From assembly GCA_964483805.1 (NCBI GenBank), contig CAZADH010000001.1, forward strand, positions 28,724 through 92,723: DNA of 64,000 nt. The letters run 5' to 3'. The stretch comes from an uncultured bacterium (GTDB lineage: Bacteria; Muiribacteriota; Ozemobacteria; Ozemobacterales; Ozemobacteraceae). Positions within the stretch are counted from its first letter, which is position 1. Every line of letters starts with the position of its first letter. The notes beneath the pieces were generated by a model. It was given only the letters and a program-made list of their open reading frames with translations, was not told where the DNA came from and made no database searches. Of the stretch, positions 18,066 through 29,056 are shown piece after piece. Position numbers and translations under genes: made by a program.

Positions 18066-19364
18066 TCAGATGACCTTCACCGGGGGCAGGTCCTGCCCGC
18101 GCCACGCGAACCACAGGGTGCCGACGAGGCCGCAACATCCGGCGGTGATCAGGTTGACCCCGGGTCCGAGATCCCAGAGCGCAAAGCTGGCAAAGGCCGC
18201 GAGTGATACGATGATGTCGCGCAAGAGGTAGTAGAGGCCAAACATCGCCGCCTTGCGGCCTTCGGGGGCGAGATCCATGATCAACGCCTTGCGGGTCGGT
18301 TCGCCGAATTCCTTGAGGCCGCGCACGAAGAAGGCGAACACCAGCGGCCAAAACGAACGACAGAAATACAATGTAAATGGGAATGCGGTGAAGAAGCCGA
18401 AGGTGGCGACGACGAACCACTTCTTGCCGAAGCGGTCGGCGTAATAGGCCACCGGCACGTAGATGAGCATGGCCGTGATCATCTCGACGGTCGTGAGGAT
18501 GCCGAAATCGACCGAGTCGACGGCCGCGCCGCCAAACTCGGGCGTGCCCAGCGTCTTCATGCACCAGACGACGACGAACGCGTACGGGATCTGCTCGGCG
18601 AAGCGCACGAGAATATCGGAGACCAGCAGGCTCTTGAGCGGCGCCGGCATCTCGACGAAGAGCCGCCAGGGCCGGGCCTCGGGGCTGTGGGCAGTCTCGG
18701 CGGGTCGCGGCGGATCATCGGGAATCATACGTTCCTGCACGAGGATGGCGACGAGAGCCATGAGAATCGCGACGCGGAACGCCATCTGCACGCCGGTGAA
18801 CTCGCCGAAATGCTGGATGCACAGGCCGCCGACGATGGGTCCAAGTGCCATCGGGATGCGCCGCACCAGCGAATGCATCGACACGCCCATGGTGCGCTTC
18901 TCTTTCGGCAAAAGTTGAGCGACGAGCGACATCATGGCGGGCAGTGAGATCGCCGACCAGGCCATGAACAACACCGCGCCGATGAGGACGGCCTCCCATG
19001 ACGGGACGAGGACGACGATCAGGTAACCGAAGATCGACATCAGGTTGAACACGAGCAGCGATCGGCGGGTGCCGAGGCGGTCGGCGAGGTAGCCCCCCGG
19101 AAAGGAATACAGCGCCCCGAGCAGATTCTGCAGGCCATTGAGAATGCCGACCGCAAGCGTGCCACCACCGAGGGCAAGCAGGTAAATGGGCAGGAAACGC
19201 TCGGCCATCTTTTCGCCCATGCCCACGAGAATGACGATGACGAGAACGCCGACGATGCCGCGGCGCAGGCCGAAGAACTCGATGAGACGACGGGTTGTGT
19301 CGGTGGGATGCGTCATACGTGGGATGAATGGTAGCATGAACAAATGCGGATCAGATTGCTGCAC
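18066..19364 (-). CDS. MFS transporter
   Basis: About 12 hydrophobic helices with MFS-like loop motifs. Confidence 0.8.
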   Translation of the reverse strand: MQQSDPHLFMLPFIPRMTHPTDTTRRLIEFFGLRRGIVGVLVIVILVGMGEKMAERFLPIYLLALGGGTLAVGILNGLQNLLGALYSFPGGYLADRLGTRRSLLVFNLMSIFGYLIVVLVPSWEAVLIGAVLFMAWSAISLPAMMSLVAQLLPKEKRTMGVSMHSLVRRIPMALGPIVGGLCIQHFGEFTGVQMAFRVAILMALVAILVQERMIPDDPPRPAETAHSPEARPWRLFVEMPAPLKSLLVSDILVRFAEQIPYAFVVVWCMKTLGTPEFGGAAVDSVDFGILTTVEMITAMLIYVPVAYYADRFGKKWFVVATFGFFTAFPFTLYFCRSFWPLVFAFFVRGLKEFGEPTRKALIMDLAPEGRKAAMFGLYYLLRDIIVSLAAFASFALWDLGPGVNLITAGCCGLVGTLWFAWRGQDLPPVKVI

Positions 19365-19375
19365 CGGAGGGTCGC

Positions 19376-20347
19376 TTGATTGATAGTCGACGGATCGAGA
19401 TCGGGGCGTTGGCGGTTGTGCTGGGTGTTGCGTGTTTCGTTGTCGCGCTGCTGATCGGTCCGATCAACCTCGAGAGTTTTCTCCGTTACGGGGATGTGGG
19501 CACCTGCATCGTCGAGAACCTTGACGGGACGAGGTTTTCAGCAGAGCAACATGCACGAAACCGTGTCTGGCGAACGCAACGGGATGGCCGGATCATGTGG
19601 TCGAAGGCGATGCGTGAACTGATGCGGCAACAACCGCAGATGGCGACTTCGGCGATGCAAGCCGGATTCTCGGGTTTTCCGGAAATGCCGGTGCCATTGC
19701 TGGCTTCGATCGGTGGCTGTGACGAAATGCTCTGCTTCAATATCTCGGTGAATCACCAGTTGGACGGGGATGACTTGAATCGGTGTGTGCCGACCAATCT
19801 GAAGGCGATCGCCCCACCGTATCTCGACCCTTGGGGTTTGCCGCTGGTTCCAGTGAGCGACTTTCCGGCCTTCGCATCACAGGTTCCCGAACTGGCCGGC
19901 AAGAATCCCGAAGAGGACGTGCCCGTCGGGTGCGCGGTCGAGAATCCGCCGCGATACCTGGTTTCGTTGGGCGCGCTGTTTCGCGGACACGATACCGAGA
20001 AGCGTCTGGAGTGTTTCACGACCTGGTGGCGGCCTGTCCGCATCGTCTTGCTGCTGGCGGGCATTGGGCTCGTGACGCTGGGGCTTGGCCTCTTCTTTGG
20101 CTGGAAGCTTCTTTGGTTGCCGGTGCTCTTTGCCGTGGCGTATCAACGCCCCATGATCCAGTGTTACATCTCCGAAGGCGGTCCAGTCGATGACGGTTTG
20201 CGGATCTCCGCGCAGCAGCATCGCGAGTTGCGCGAACGCAGCCGCGTGCTGATCCGCCGTCTCGTGGCCAGCGGCCAGATGGACGAGGCGACGAAGGATC
20301 TGCTAGAACGGACGTTGCTTGATCCGACGACGACGTATCGTAAATAA
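19376..20347 (+). CDS. Hypothetical membrane protein
   Basis: Candidate TTG start with a GGAGG ribosome-binding site 5 nt upstream. Transmembrane helices at both ends. No recognisable family. Confidence 0.4.
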   Translation: MIDSRRIEIGALAVVLGVACFVVALLIGPINLESFLRYGDVGTCIVENLDGTRFSAEQHARNRVWRTQRDGRIMWSKAMRELMRQQPQMATSAMQAGFSGFPEMPVPLLASIGGCDEMLCFNISVNHQLDGDDLNRCVPTNLKAIAPPYLDPWGLPLVPVSDFPAFASQVPELAGKNPEEDVPVGCAVENPPRYLVSLGALFRGHDTEKRLECFTTWWRPVRIVLLLAGIGLVTLGLGLFFGWKLLWLPVLFAVAYQRPMIQCYISEGGPVDDGLRISAQQHRELRERSRVLIRRLVASGQMDEATKDLLERTLLDPTTTYRK

Positions 20348-20418
20348 ATCGTATTGTAACTGCGCCCAGGTTGTGTCGCTGCATCGGCACGGACAAGACC
20401 CATTCGTGATAAGCAAGC

Positions 20419-20447
20419 GGGCCGACCGGGAAGGTCCCGATCGGCCC
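20419..20447. terminator. Hairpin between convergent genes
   Basis: 12-bp stem with one mismatch (GGGCCGACCGGG / CCCGATCGGCCC) and loop AAGGT. Confidence 0.4.
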
Positions 20448-20467
20448 GCAATACATCGTAACTCTTC

Positions 20468-23400
20468 TCAGCGCGATATGTTGGCCAGCAAGAAGTCGCC
20501 AGACTGGACGACCGTCGAAGTGCCACCGTGGCGGTTGTTGGTGTACGTTGTCAACCGTGCGGCACCGGCAGGAATAACGATCTTCGCTGTGCCCGGACCG
20601 CGGACGTTTGAAACCACGACCTCCACAACGTCCTCCATGGGCCCCGTCCGCCATCCCTGCTGAGAGCGATTACCGGTCCGTGGATTGGTGACGAAGACTG
20701 GGATCTGCCCGGTGGGATGAATCGCTGTAATTGTTGCTGTGAACGATCCGGTGACGTTGGCAAGGTAGACCTGCGGCGACAGTACATACACCCCCTCCGC
20801 GTCGAAACGAAACTTGAAGCGATATCGGCATTGCGTCGGGGTCTCGGCGGCCGACAGCACCTGGAGGGTCAACCGGTCGCCGACCGGTCGGATGGTCCAG
20901 TTGAACACCGTTGGCGTACCCGTGGCCTGCCAGACGCCCTCGTTGGTGACGCCCAGAACCTGAACGGTGTGCGGGTAGGGACTGGGCGCCAGCCCCGACA
21001 GAGCAAGTGGTTGCGCAACCGACCGCCGTGTCGACCAAGCTCCGCTGTCCAGTCGATACACGTAGCCAACCACGTCGGGTCCGCGAACAATGAACTCGGC
21101 AAAATTGAGATTGGTCACGACCGGGGGGCAGTTGGTCAGTTGCGACGTCACCGCTGCGGTCGAGACTGTCCAGTTGAGCACGGTCGGGTTCGATGCCGAC
21201 TGCCAGTTTCCCGCGGCATCGCAACCGATGACGTGCAGCGTGTGAGCGCCAGGCGCGAGGTTGCGCAGGCGAATCGGCGTGTCGATCGGCAGAGGTTCGG
21301 TATACGGATCATTGAGATCGGCCAACCGGTATGAGTATTTGACCACACCTTCGCCGCCGACGTTCAGAACCGCGCTCGTCAGTCGCGTGACCGAATTAGG
21401 CGTGTTGAGCAGCGCCGCGGTCGGCGGCGTATTATCGATGACCCAGGTGTAACTCGATGTATTGCTCTCGGACTGCCAGTTGTCGGACGAGTCGTGCCCG
21501 ATCACGCGCAACGTGTGTGTGCCCGGGGCGATGTTCTGCGCCTGGATCGGCACATTGACCGGCGTGGTGGGGCCAAATGCGGCACCGTCGAGCGAATAGC
21601 GGTACTCTTCGATTGAGTCGCCGGCAAACGGGACCACGACCCAGGAAACCCGGACATTGATCGAGTTCTGATTGGTCATGCTGGGCGGCAGGTTTTCGAG
21701 CCACGCCGGCGCCGCATGTTGGTCGGAGAACCAGGAGAGGCGCGTCGGGGTGTTCTCGCTCTGCCAGACACCGGCGGCGGTCTTGCCGATCACGAGCAGG
21801 TAGTTCCAACCCTCGCGGATCCCTGTCAATACAATAGGTTGCGACACCGGTTGCTCGACCCCGAAGACGGGGGTTTGAGCCGACGCCGAGTCGAGGTAGT
21901 GCGCGTATTTGTAGGCCGTGATGCCTGTGCCGCCGATCGTGATCGAGGCTTCCGAGGCGTTCATGGCGGGTCGACCGGCTGTGATGACCGCAGGGCGCGC
22001 GGTGTTGTCGATGGTCCAGCCGATCACCGTGGGCATCGTGGCCGGTTGCCAGTTGCCGGCGGCATCGACCGAGATGACGGCCACCTGGTGCGCCCCGGCC
22101 GCCAGTCCGGTTAACTGAATCGGCGTGTTCATCGGGAGAGTCGCGCTCCAGGTACCGTTGTCTAGTTGCCACCGGTAACCCACGGCATCGTCGGCATGGA
22201 TGTCGAGCTGGCACGCGGTCTCGGCTGTCATCGATGCCGGCGCACCGTTCACGCGCGCCACCGGAACTTCCGCATCGACGTCGAAACGGAACACCAGGGC
22301 ATTCTCGAGCGGAACCCACACGCCCTGGGCGTTTCCGGCCAAGACCTCGACGACGTGCTGCCCGTTGGTGAGGTTCTGCAGGCGCAACGGCACGTTGATC
22401 GGGAAATCAGCGCTGAACTCCCCACCATCGACACTGAAGCGATAGAACGCAGTGTCGGTGCCATTGAGGACCACCGAGAACTCGCGCTGATTCGTCAGCG
22501 TCGCGACTTCGACGGCGGGGACAACCGTCGGAATCGTGGCCACGCCGGTGATGCTGATCCAGGGGGATGACCGGGCCTTGCCGTTGGTGTCGACCACGCG
22601 GGCGGTCAGGATATACTCGGCGGCCGGGGTCGTCGGCATGCGAAACATGTACGGCGGCGTCGCGACCGCACCCAACCGGATGAAGTCGGCGAAGAACTCG
22701 ACGCGATCGATCGGGGCCTGGGTCGGCGTTGCCAGTGCCGTCAATACAATGTCTGCACCATCGGTGAACAACGACCGATCGGTCGGCGTGACCAACACGA
22801 CGCTCGGCAACTGGTCGCGATGGCGCCAGCCGTCGAGCACGTCGGCATAGACGGTCGGCGAGTTCAGGTTCGCGCAACCCACAACGGTGCCGACTTCCTG
22901 GGCCGCCTTTTGCGGCAGCGTAGCAAAGTCGGCGGGGGCGCTGGCCAGGGTCAGCAGGGTCGCGGCCAGCACGTCGGGAACGAAGGTGCTGCTGGCCGGT
23001 GCCAGGACCATCAGGTTGTCGCCGGCGACCAGATCGAGCGCGCCGCGGAAGCGGGTGTAACCGGCGAGATCGGCCCCTTCGATCAGGGCCGCACCGATCG
23101 CGGTCTTCAGCGGCAGATCCGGGAAAGACGCTTCGGCCGCCCCGTCGATGATCGGCACGGTCTGGCTGATCGTCGTGAGAGGTTGCGTCGCCACGCCGAG
23201 GTTGATGAAGGTCAACGAATACGTGACCGAGGGCGACGATGCCACGGCGCCGGCCACGGCCGCCCGCACCGACAACCGCGACGGCGCAACCGCTGCATTC
23301 GGTTCAAATTCGGACAGGCGCATCTGCATGCGCACGCGCGCCAGGCCGTTGGCCTGCGGTGTGGCCGTCACAGACAGGGCAGCACCATCGGGAGACGTGG

Positions 23401-23506
23401 TGTCGGTCGGGCGCAACTGGCAGCCCAGTTGCATCATGGCGATGAACAATGACAAACAGACGATGAGCAGTCGCGACGGTTTCACAAACAAGATCCTCCT
23501 CGACAA
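20468..23506 (-). CDS. Large secreted repeat protein (about 1012 aa) with about 7 tandem ~95-residue Ig-like repeats; adhesin-like
   Basis: Signal peptide, then a repeated pattern ...Y.Y.LD.G.WS...P..TPI.L..LA.G.HTL.VIG.D.AGNWQ....PT...WT.DNT.P... recurring about 7 times. Confidence 0.6.
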   Translation of the reverse strand: MSRRILFVKPSRLLIVCLSLFIAMMQLGCQLRPTDTTSPDGAALSVTATPQANGLARVRMQMRLSEFEPNAAVAPSRLSVRAAVAGAVASSPSVTYSLTFINLGVATQPLTTISQTVPIIDGAAEASFPDLPLKTAIGAALIEGADLAGYTRFRGALDLVAGDNLMVLAPASSTFVPDVLAATLLTLASAPADFATLPQKAAQEVGTVVGCANLNSPTVYADVLDGWRHRDQLPSVVLVTPTDRSLFTDGADIVLTALATPTQAPIDRVEFFADFIRLGAVATPPYMFRMPTTPAAEYILTARVVDTNGKARSSPWISITGVATIPTVVPAVEVATLTNQREFSVVLNGTDTAFYRFSVDGGEFSADFPINVPLRLQNLTNGQHVVEVLAGNAQGVWVPLENALVFRFDVDAEVPVARVNGAPASMTAETACQLDIHADDAVGYRWQLDNGTWSATLPMNTPIQLTGLAAGAHQVAVISVDAAGNWQPATMPTVIGWTIDNTARPAVITAGRPAMNASEASITIGGTGITAYKYAHYLDSASAQTPVFGVEQPVSQPIVLTGIREGWNYLLVIGKTAAGVWQSENTPTRLSWFSDQHAAPAWLENLPPSMTNQNSINVRVSWVVVPFAGDSIEEYRYSLDGAAFGPTTPVNVPIQAQNIAPGTHTLRVIGHDSSDNWQSESNTSSYTWVIDNTPPTAALLNTPNSVTRLTSAVLNVGGEGVVKYSYRLADLNDPYTEPLPIDTPIRLRNLAPGAHTLHVIGCDAAGNWQSASNPTVLNWTVSTAAVTSQLTNCPPVVTNLNFAEFIVRGPDVVGYVYRLDSGAWSTRRSVAQPLALSGLAPSPYPHTVQVLGVTNEGVWQATGTPTVFNWTIRPVGDRLTLQVLSAAETPTQCRYRFKFRFDAEGVYVLSPQVYLANVTGSFTATITAIHPTGQIPVFVTNPRTGNRSQQGWRTGPMEDVVEVVVSNVRGPGTAKIVIPAGAARLTTYTNNRHGGTSTVVQSGDFLLANISR

Positions 23507-23826
23507 TTTGGGCGGTCGTCCACCCGGGCCGAATACATAGCATGGAACCGGGGTGCCTCGTCAAGTCCGGTTTCTGTGGCTTTCATGCGGTGGCTAAACA
23601 AGCGGATGTCTGCGTGCAACCAACCATAATACGATACGCCTGAGTTCCACAGTGTTGATGCTGGACAACGCCCTGGACCCTGGGATAGAATCATCATCGA
23701 GAAGTTTCGCGGGTGTCCGTTTCACATGCCGAGGGCGGCACGCAGCAGTTTTCGTGTGCGGCGCCACGATTCCTGAACCGGGCAACCAGACACAGGGTAA
23801 CGAGCCACATTTCACGGAGAGCGATC

Positions 23827-26800
23827 ATGCACCCCATCTACACCTCCCGCTGGGTGATCCTCACTGTCGTCTGTTGTATTGCTGCCGCCTTGATCGGCTG
23901 CGCCCTGCGCGGTCCTGAGTCGGCGGGCGTTGGCGTGTCGACCACGCCGGCACCTGCAGCGGTGGCGACGACAGGGGCGGCCGACGTGTTGCTCTCGTTT
24001 CAGGTCTCGACGACGGCGACGCCGACCACCCAGGCTGCTGTCCGGGCGGCCGCAGGGCCGGCGAGCGTGAGATTCCGCCTTCTGACGTTGAACATCGGCC
24101 AACCGGCACTACCGACGATTGCAACAGAACAGACTATTCTTGTTCCCCCGTCCGGGCGGGTTTCAGCGACATTTACCGCCGTTCCGGCACTGCCCACGAT
24201 CGCTCAGGTCGAGGGAATCAACGCCGTGATTGGCTCATACAGCACTTTCCATGGCGCACGCGACCTGCACGTCGGTGCCAATGTGATCACGGTTGCGCCG
24301 GTCGGATCGAACTGGCGGCACGACATCGCTGCCCAGGTTCTGGAAAACGCCATTCTTGATGCGACGGTGTTTGCGAAGCTGACCGCAACGGCTGCCGCGA
24401 CGGCCCTGAACGTTGCGGACGCGATCGATCGTAGCCAGCCGGCAGCCCCTCAGGATGCCGTGCGGGCTTTCGTGAGGGCGGTTGCCCCGCCACGGTGGGC
24501 GCTGTCGGCGGCAACGATTCTCTCCGCGCAGACCCGGGCCCTCGCGGCCGCCGGGCAACCGGCAAACGCAGTGACCATGTGGGTTCCAGGCGACACCTAT
24601 GTGACCGAGAGCTGTAGCCAGGAGAGTCTCGCGCGCATCTGCGGCTGGAGCACGCCCGCCGAACTCGACGTGGTTGCGTCGCTCCAGGCCGATGGAGCGG
24701 GCGAAGGAACGGCGGCCCGCTCATCGACTCGCGCCGTCACCCTGCCCGCAAGCATCGACTGGCGGAACCGAAACGGGACCGATTGGCTGGGCGGCGTGCG
24801 GAATCAGTTTCCCCGCCCCACGAGCGTGGCATTTGCGTGCTGTTCGACGCTCGAGGCCATGGCGCGAATCGACGCGAACCTTCCGGACTTCGACCTTTCG
24901 GAGTGGTTCCTCATGCGCTTCGGTCAGGCCAACGCGCCCGGTCTTCTCGATCAGGGTTGGAGCATCCAGCAAGCGTTGGAAGTACTGAAAACGAGCGGTA
25001 CGGTGTCAGAAAAGACCGTTCCCTATGGCTTGATCCCCTTCTACAATGCGCCGCCCGAGACTTCGCGCCGGTTTCGGGCCGCCAGTTATCAGCTGCTGCA
25101 GGGGACCGACGCCATCAAGCAGGCGCTTCAGGCGGGGCCCGTCATCACCGGCATGCGCGTATACGAGGATTTTGCCAGATACTCGAGTGGGATCTATTGG
25201 CACGCCGAGGGCAGACAGGTCGGGCACCAGGCGATTGTGCTCGTTGGCTACAACGATGCTGACGGGTGCTGGATTGCCAGGAACTCCTGGTCATCGAACT
25301 GGGGAGAGAACGGATACTTCCGCATCCGGTTTGGCGAACTGGGAGCCCGCGCCTATCAGGTCCGGTTTTCGTTCACAGATCCCGTTCCGGCGGCGCCCGC
25401 AGGTTTGACGGCGGTGCCAGGGGATCGCGAAGCAACGCTTTCCTGGTCGGCAACCTCTGGTGCGCGATCCTATACTCTCTACTATGGATCGACCCAGGGG
25501 ACCCGACGGGAAACGGGCGTGCGGGTTGGCGGAGTCACCAGTCCGCATCGATTGGGCGGTCTCCAGAATGGAACGACGTACTACTGTGTATTGACATGTG
25601 AGAACGAAACCGGGGAGTCAGCGTTGTCGCAAGAGATGAGCGTCACGCCTCGAGACCCGGCGGCGCTCATTCCTGCCAATGCTCATGCCGTTGCCGGCGA
25701 CCGCGCGGTCACCGTGACGTGGTCATCCGTGGCGCCGGCTTCGAGTTACCGCCTCTACTGGTCGACAACGCCAGGATCGGCCCGCTCCAGCGGTACCGTC
25801 ATCGATAATGCGAATTCTCCGTTCAGTCACACCGCGTTGGCCAATGGAACCACGTATTACTATCAGGTGACCGCGATCGTGGGCGGCGTCGAGTCGGGTC
25901 CCTCGCCCGAGTTCAGTGCGCGCCCCTGGCCCGGACTCCCGGGCGCCCCCACGGGCCTGCGTGCCGATGCCGGCAACGCACAGACGACCGTGTCGTGGAA
26001 CCCGGTCGCCGGCGCCGATCGCTACAATCTCTATTTCAGCAATGTTGCGACCGTCAACCGCACGAGCACGCTGATCGCTTCGGTGTCGAGTCCGTTCGTG
26101 CATCGGGACCGCCCCAATGGCACAACCGTGTATTACGTCGTCACCGCGGCAAACATGGCCGGGGAGTCGGCGGAATCGACGGCCGCTGCAGCCACTCCCG
26201 TTTTGCCGGCACCGACCGGAGTCAACGTGGTGCGCGGCTCGAGCGCGGTGACTGTGAACTGGTCACCGGTTCCTGGATCATCGGGCTACAACATTTATTA
26301 TAGCGAGTCGCCGCTGGCGTTGCGTACTGCAGGTGTTCCCGTCCGCAACGTGCAACCCGGAACGAGCATCACGGGTCTGGTCAACGGGCGCACTTACTTC
26401 TTTCAAGTCACGGCTCTCGACACCAGTGTCGAATCGGTGGGCTCGATGGTGGCCTCCGATCAGGCCATGCTGGCGCCGGCCAGCAACCTGCGGGTCAGTG
26501 GGACGCGTGGTCGCATCGGCGTCACCTGGGACGCCAACGTGGGCACCACCTACGGTATCAAACTGTACTACTCGATCGACAACGGCACGACCTGGCTTGC
26601 GACCACCCACGTCGAGGGCGCAACAACGGGTATTGCACCGGGAACGAATCAAAGCGTCAACTGGGTGTCGCACCAGGATTTCGCCGCGAACCAGGGGCAG
26701 GTGCGTGCCCGCGTGGTTCTCAACGACGGCGTCATGGATTCTCCCCCGATCGACTCGGGCGCCTTTACCATCGATAACCGGGTCATCGTCACTTCGGTTA

Positions 26801-29010
26801 CGTCGAACACCTCAGACGGCGTCTATGGTCCGGGTGCCGCGATTGATGTTCAGGTGACATTCTCGACGCCGGTTCTGGTCACCGGCACCCCACAATTACT
26901 TCTCGAAACCGGGGTTACCGATCGGCAGGCCAGTTACCTCTCGGGAAACAACAGCAATACGTTGTCGTTCCGATACGTCGTGCAGAACGGAGATGTCGCC
27001 AGTGACCTCGATTTCGCAAACTCGGCCGCACTGGCGCTCAACGGCGGCACGATTCGTGACGACGCCGGGAACAACGCGACACTGACGCTGCCCGGCCCCG
27101 GCGCCGCCGGTTCGCTCGGCGCCGCCAAAGCAATCGTGGTCGATGGAATCGCCCCGACCCTGGTGTCGGTGACCTCGACTTCGCCGGACGGCGACTATGG
27201 ATCGGGACGCGGCATCAATGTGACGTTGAACTTCTCGGAACCTGTCACGTTGGCCAACGGAGACCTCCGCCTCGACTTTGATACCGCCGGTTCGGCGACA
27301 GTCGCTCCGTTCGCCCCCGCCGCGGCGGCCAGTACGACATACGTTGTAAGTGCACCCGAGGCGAGCGCCGATCTCGACACCGTCGGACTGACACTGGTTG
27401 GCGGGGCAACCCTGCGCGATGCCGCTGGCAATGACGTCGCACTGGCCATTCCCGTCGGCCAGTCTCTGAAAGACAGTCGGGCATTGGTGGTCGATACGAT
27501 TCCGCCACAGATTCAGTCGATCAGACGCGAGATCCCGCTGGCGACTACAACCAATGCTCTCTCGGTTACGTGGCGGGTGACCTTCAGCAGGGCAATCGAT
27601 CCGACTACGGTCCAGCTCAGCGACTTCACCTTGGGCAATTCACCGAACACGATCGTCGACGAAGCTTTGAACGGGTTGAGCCAGGTCGATGCAACATCAT
27701 GGGATGTCACCGCAACAACGGGCACATCGGGAGACGGCACTCTCAGTCTCGGAAGCTATCCTGGCAATGGAGCCGACATCAGAGACGCCATCGGTAATCC
27801 GTACGCTGGGGCAATGGGCCCGCGTCAAAACTACACGATCGACAAGACGCCGCCGACGTTCGTGGCGATGGTTCCGTTTGACACCAACGCTGTCGATCTG
27901 AAGTTCAGCGAGAATATGGTTGGGTTGACAACCCCCGGCGGCATCAGCGTGTCGGGTGCAGGTATCAACTCCTTGTCCGCAACACCGGACACTATCGCGT
28001 CGGTTTCCATCGTAACCGGAATGTACCGACTCGAATGGGCAACCGGGGCAATGTTGGCGGACAGCACACTGACCGTGTCGACCTCGGGCCTGACCGACGT
28101 CGCGGGAAACAGTATTCAAGGGGTGACCAGCATTACCGACCAGACCCCCTTGATGTTCATTGACACGGTGGTAGTTGGCGACCCGGGCAATCAGTCAGAC
28201 CCGGTTGGTTACGGTGGAGTGGCAGTCGCATTCCGCATCGGGAAGTATGAGATTACCAATACACAATATTGCACATTCCTGAATGCTGTGGCACAGACGG
28301 ACACCTACGGTCTCTACTACACGCTGATGGCCGGAACGCCTGCCAGCAACCGAGGGGGGATCGATCGTTCGGGGTCATCAGGAAGTTACGTGTATTCGGT
28401 CGTCGCCAACATGGGAGACAAGCCTGTCAACTACGTGAGTTTCCTCGGTGCCGCAAGATTTGCCAACTGGATGCACAACGGTGGCCGCAATGGTGGCAGT
28501 ACAGAGACCGGGGCTTACACGATCACCGGAGGCGGTGACAATGCCGGCACGGTTGGGGGCCGCCAGAACGGGGCCCGGTTTTCGATCCCGAACGCGAGTG
28601 AGTGGCACAAGGCCGCACATTACAAGGGAGGAGGCACGAACAGCGGCTATTGGCAGTTCGCGACCCAGAGCGATGCCACGCCGACTGTTGCCCTTGCAAA
28701 CCCTGTAGGTAGTGTCAGTAACCCTGGAGTGAACGTCGCGAACTATGACATGGGAGCAGTTTGGAACGGACAGAACGCCAACTTCACGACGGTAGGGAGT
28801 TGTGGTGCATCATCCTGCAGCGCCTATGGCACTGCAGACCAGACCGGCAATGTGTCGGAGTGGACCGAGACCTATCCCTCCAGCCCGCCTTTTCGAGCCA
28901 CTCTTGGCGGCAATTCGCAAAGTCCGGGGTCTTGGCTTCGTTGGACAGCTCTCGCTGGCACGGACCAGACAGAGCGTTTTGCTCTCTACGGTTTTCGTGT
29001 TCGCCGGTAA
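23827..29010 (+). CDS. Giant multidomain lipoprotein, paralog 1 (about 1727 aa). Domain order: N-terminal domain, papain-like C1 peptidase, ~5 FN3 repeats, one BNR/Asp-box, bacterial Ig-like domains, C-terminal FGE-sulfatase/SUMF1-type domain.
   Basis: Lipobox LIGC; ribosome-binding site GGAGA 6 nt upstream. C1 motifs NQ...AFACCSTLEA and GHQAIVLVGY...NSWSSNWGENGYFRI. FN3-like ...LSWSAT..ARSYTLYY. Asp-box SIDNGTTW. C-terminus YRIGKYEITN...GFRVRR typical of the FGE-sulfatase fold. Confidence 0.8.
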   Translation: MHPIYTSRWVILTVVCCIAAALIGCALRGPESAGVGVSTTPAPAAVATTGAADVLLSFQVSTTATPTTQAAVRAAAGPASVRFRLLTLNIGQPALPTIATEQTILVPPSGRVSATFTAVPALPTIAQVEGINAVIGSYSTFHGARDLHVGANVITVAPVGSNWRHDIAAQVLENAILDATVFAKLTATAAATALNVADAIDRSQPAAPQDAVRAFVRAVAPPRWALSAATILSAQTRALAAAGQPANAVTMWVPGDTYVTESCSQESLARICGWSTPAELDVVASLQADGAGEGTAARSSTRAVTLPASIDWRNRNGTDWLGGVRNQFPRPTSVAFACCSTLEAMARIDANLPDFDLSEWFLMRFGQANAPGLLDQGWSIQQALEVLKTSGTVSEKTVPYGLIPFYNAPPETSRRFRAASYQLLQGTDAIKQALQAGPVITGMRVYEDFARYSSGIYWHAEGRQVGHQAIVLVGYNDADGCWIARNSWSSNWGENGYFRIRFGELGARAYQVRFSFTDPVPAAPAGLTAVPGDREATLSWSATSGARSYTLYYGSTQGTRRETGVRVGGVTSPHRLGGLQNGTTYYCVLTCENETGESALSQEMSVTPRDPAALIPANAHAVAGDRAVTVTWSSVAPASSYRLYWSTTPGSARSSGTVIDNANSPFSHTALANGTTYYYQVTAIVGGVESGPSPEFSARPWPGLPGAPTGLRADAGNAQTTVSWNPVAGADRYNLYFSNVATVNRTSTLIASVSSPFVHRDRPNGTTVYYVVTAANMAGESAESTAAAATPVLPAPTGVNVVRGSSAVTVNWSPVPGSSGYNIYYSESPLALRTAGVPVRNVQPGTSITGLVNGRTYFFQVTALDTSVESVGSMVASDQAMLAPASNLRVSGTRGRIGVTWDANVGTTYGIKLYYSIDNGTTWLATTHVEGATTGIAPGTNQSVNWVSHQDFAANQGQVRARVVLNDGVMDSPPIDSGAFTIDNRVIVTSVTSNTSDGVYGPGAAIDVQVTFSTPVLVTGTPQLLLETGVTDRQASYLSGNNSNTLSFRYVVQNGDVASDLDFANSAALALNGGTIRDDAGNNATLTLPGPGAAGSLGAAKAIVVDGIAPTLVSVTSTSPDGDYGSGRGINVTLNFSEPVTLANGDLRLDFDTAGSATVAPFAPAAAASTTYVVSAPEASADLDTVGLTLVGGATLRDAAGNDVALAIPVGQSLKDSRALVVDTIPPQIQSIRREIPLATTTNALSVTWRVTFSRAIDPTTVQLSDFTLGNSPNTIVDEALNGLSQVDATSWDVTATTGTSGDGTLSLGSYPGNGADIRDAIGNPYAGAMGPRQNYTIDKTPPTFVAMVPFDTNAVDLKFSENMVGLTTPGGISVSGAGINSLSATPDTIASVSIVTGMYRLEWATGAMLADSTLTVSTSGLTDVAGNSIQGVTSITDQTPLMFIDTVVVGDPGNQSDPVGYGGVAVAFRIGKYEITNTQYCTFLNAVAQTDTYGLYYTLMAGTPASNRGGIDRSGSSGSYVYSVVANMGDKPVNYVSFLGAARFANWMHNGGRNGGSTETGAYTITGGGDNAGTVGGRQNGARFSIPNASEWHKAAHYKGGGTNSGYWQFATQSDATPTVALANPVGSVSNPGVNVANYDMGAVWNGQNANFTTVGSCGASSCSAYGTADQTGNVSEWTETYPSSPPFRATLGGNSQSPGSWLRWTALAGTDQTERFALYGFRVRR

Positions 29011-29056
29011 TCGGTCCCGTTTCCCAAACCATCCCTATCGATCTCGGAGACTGCTA

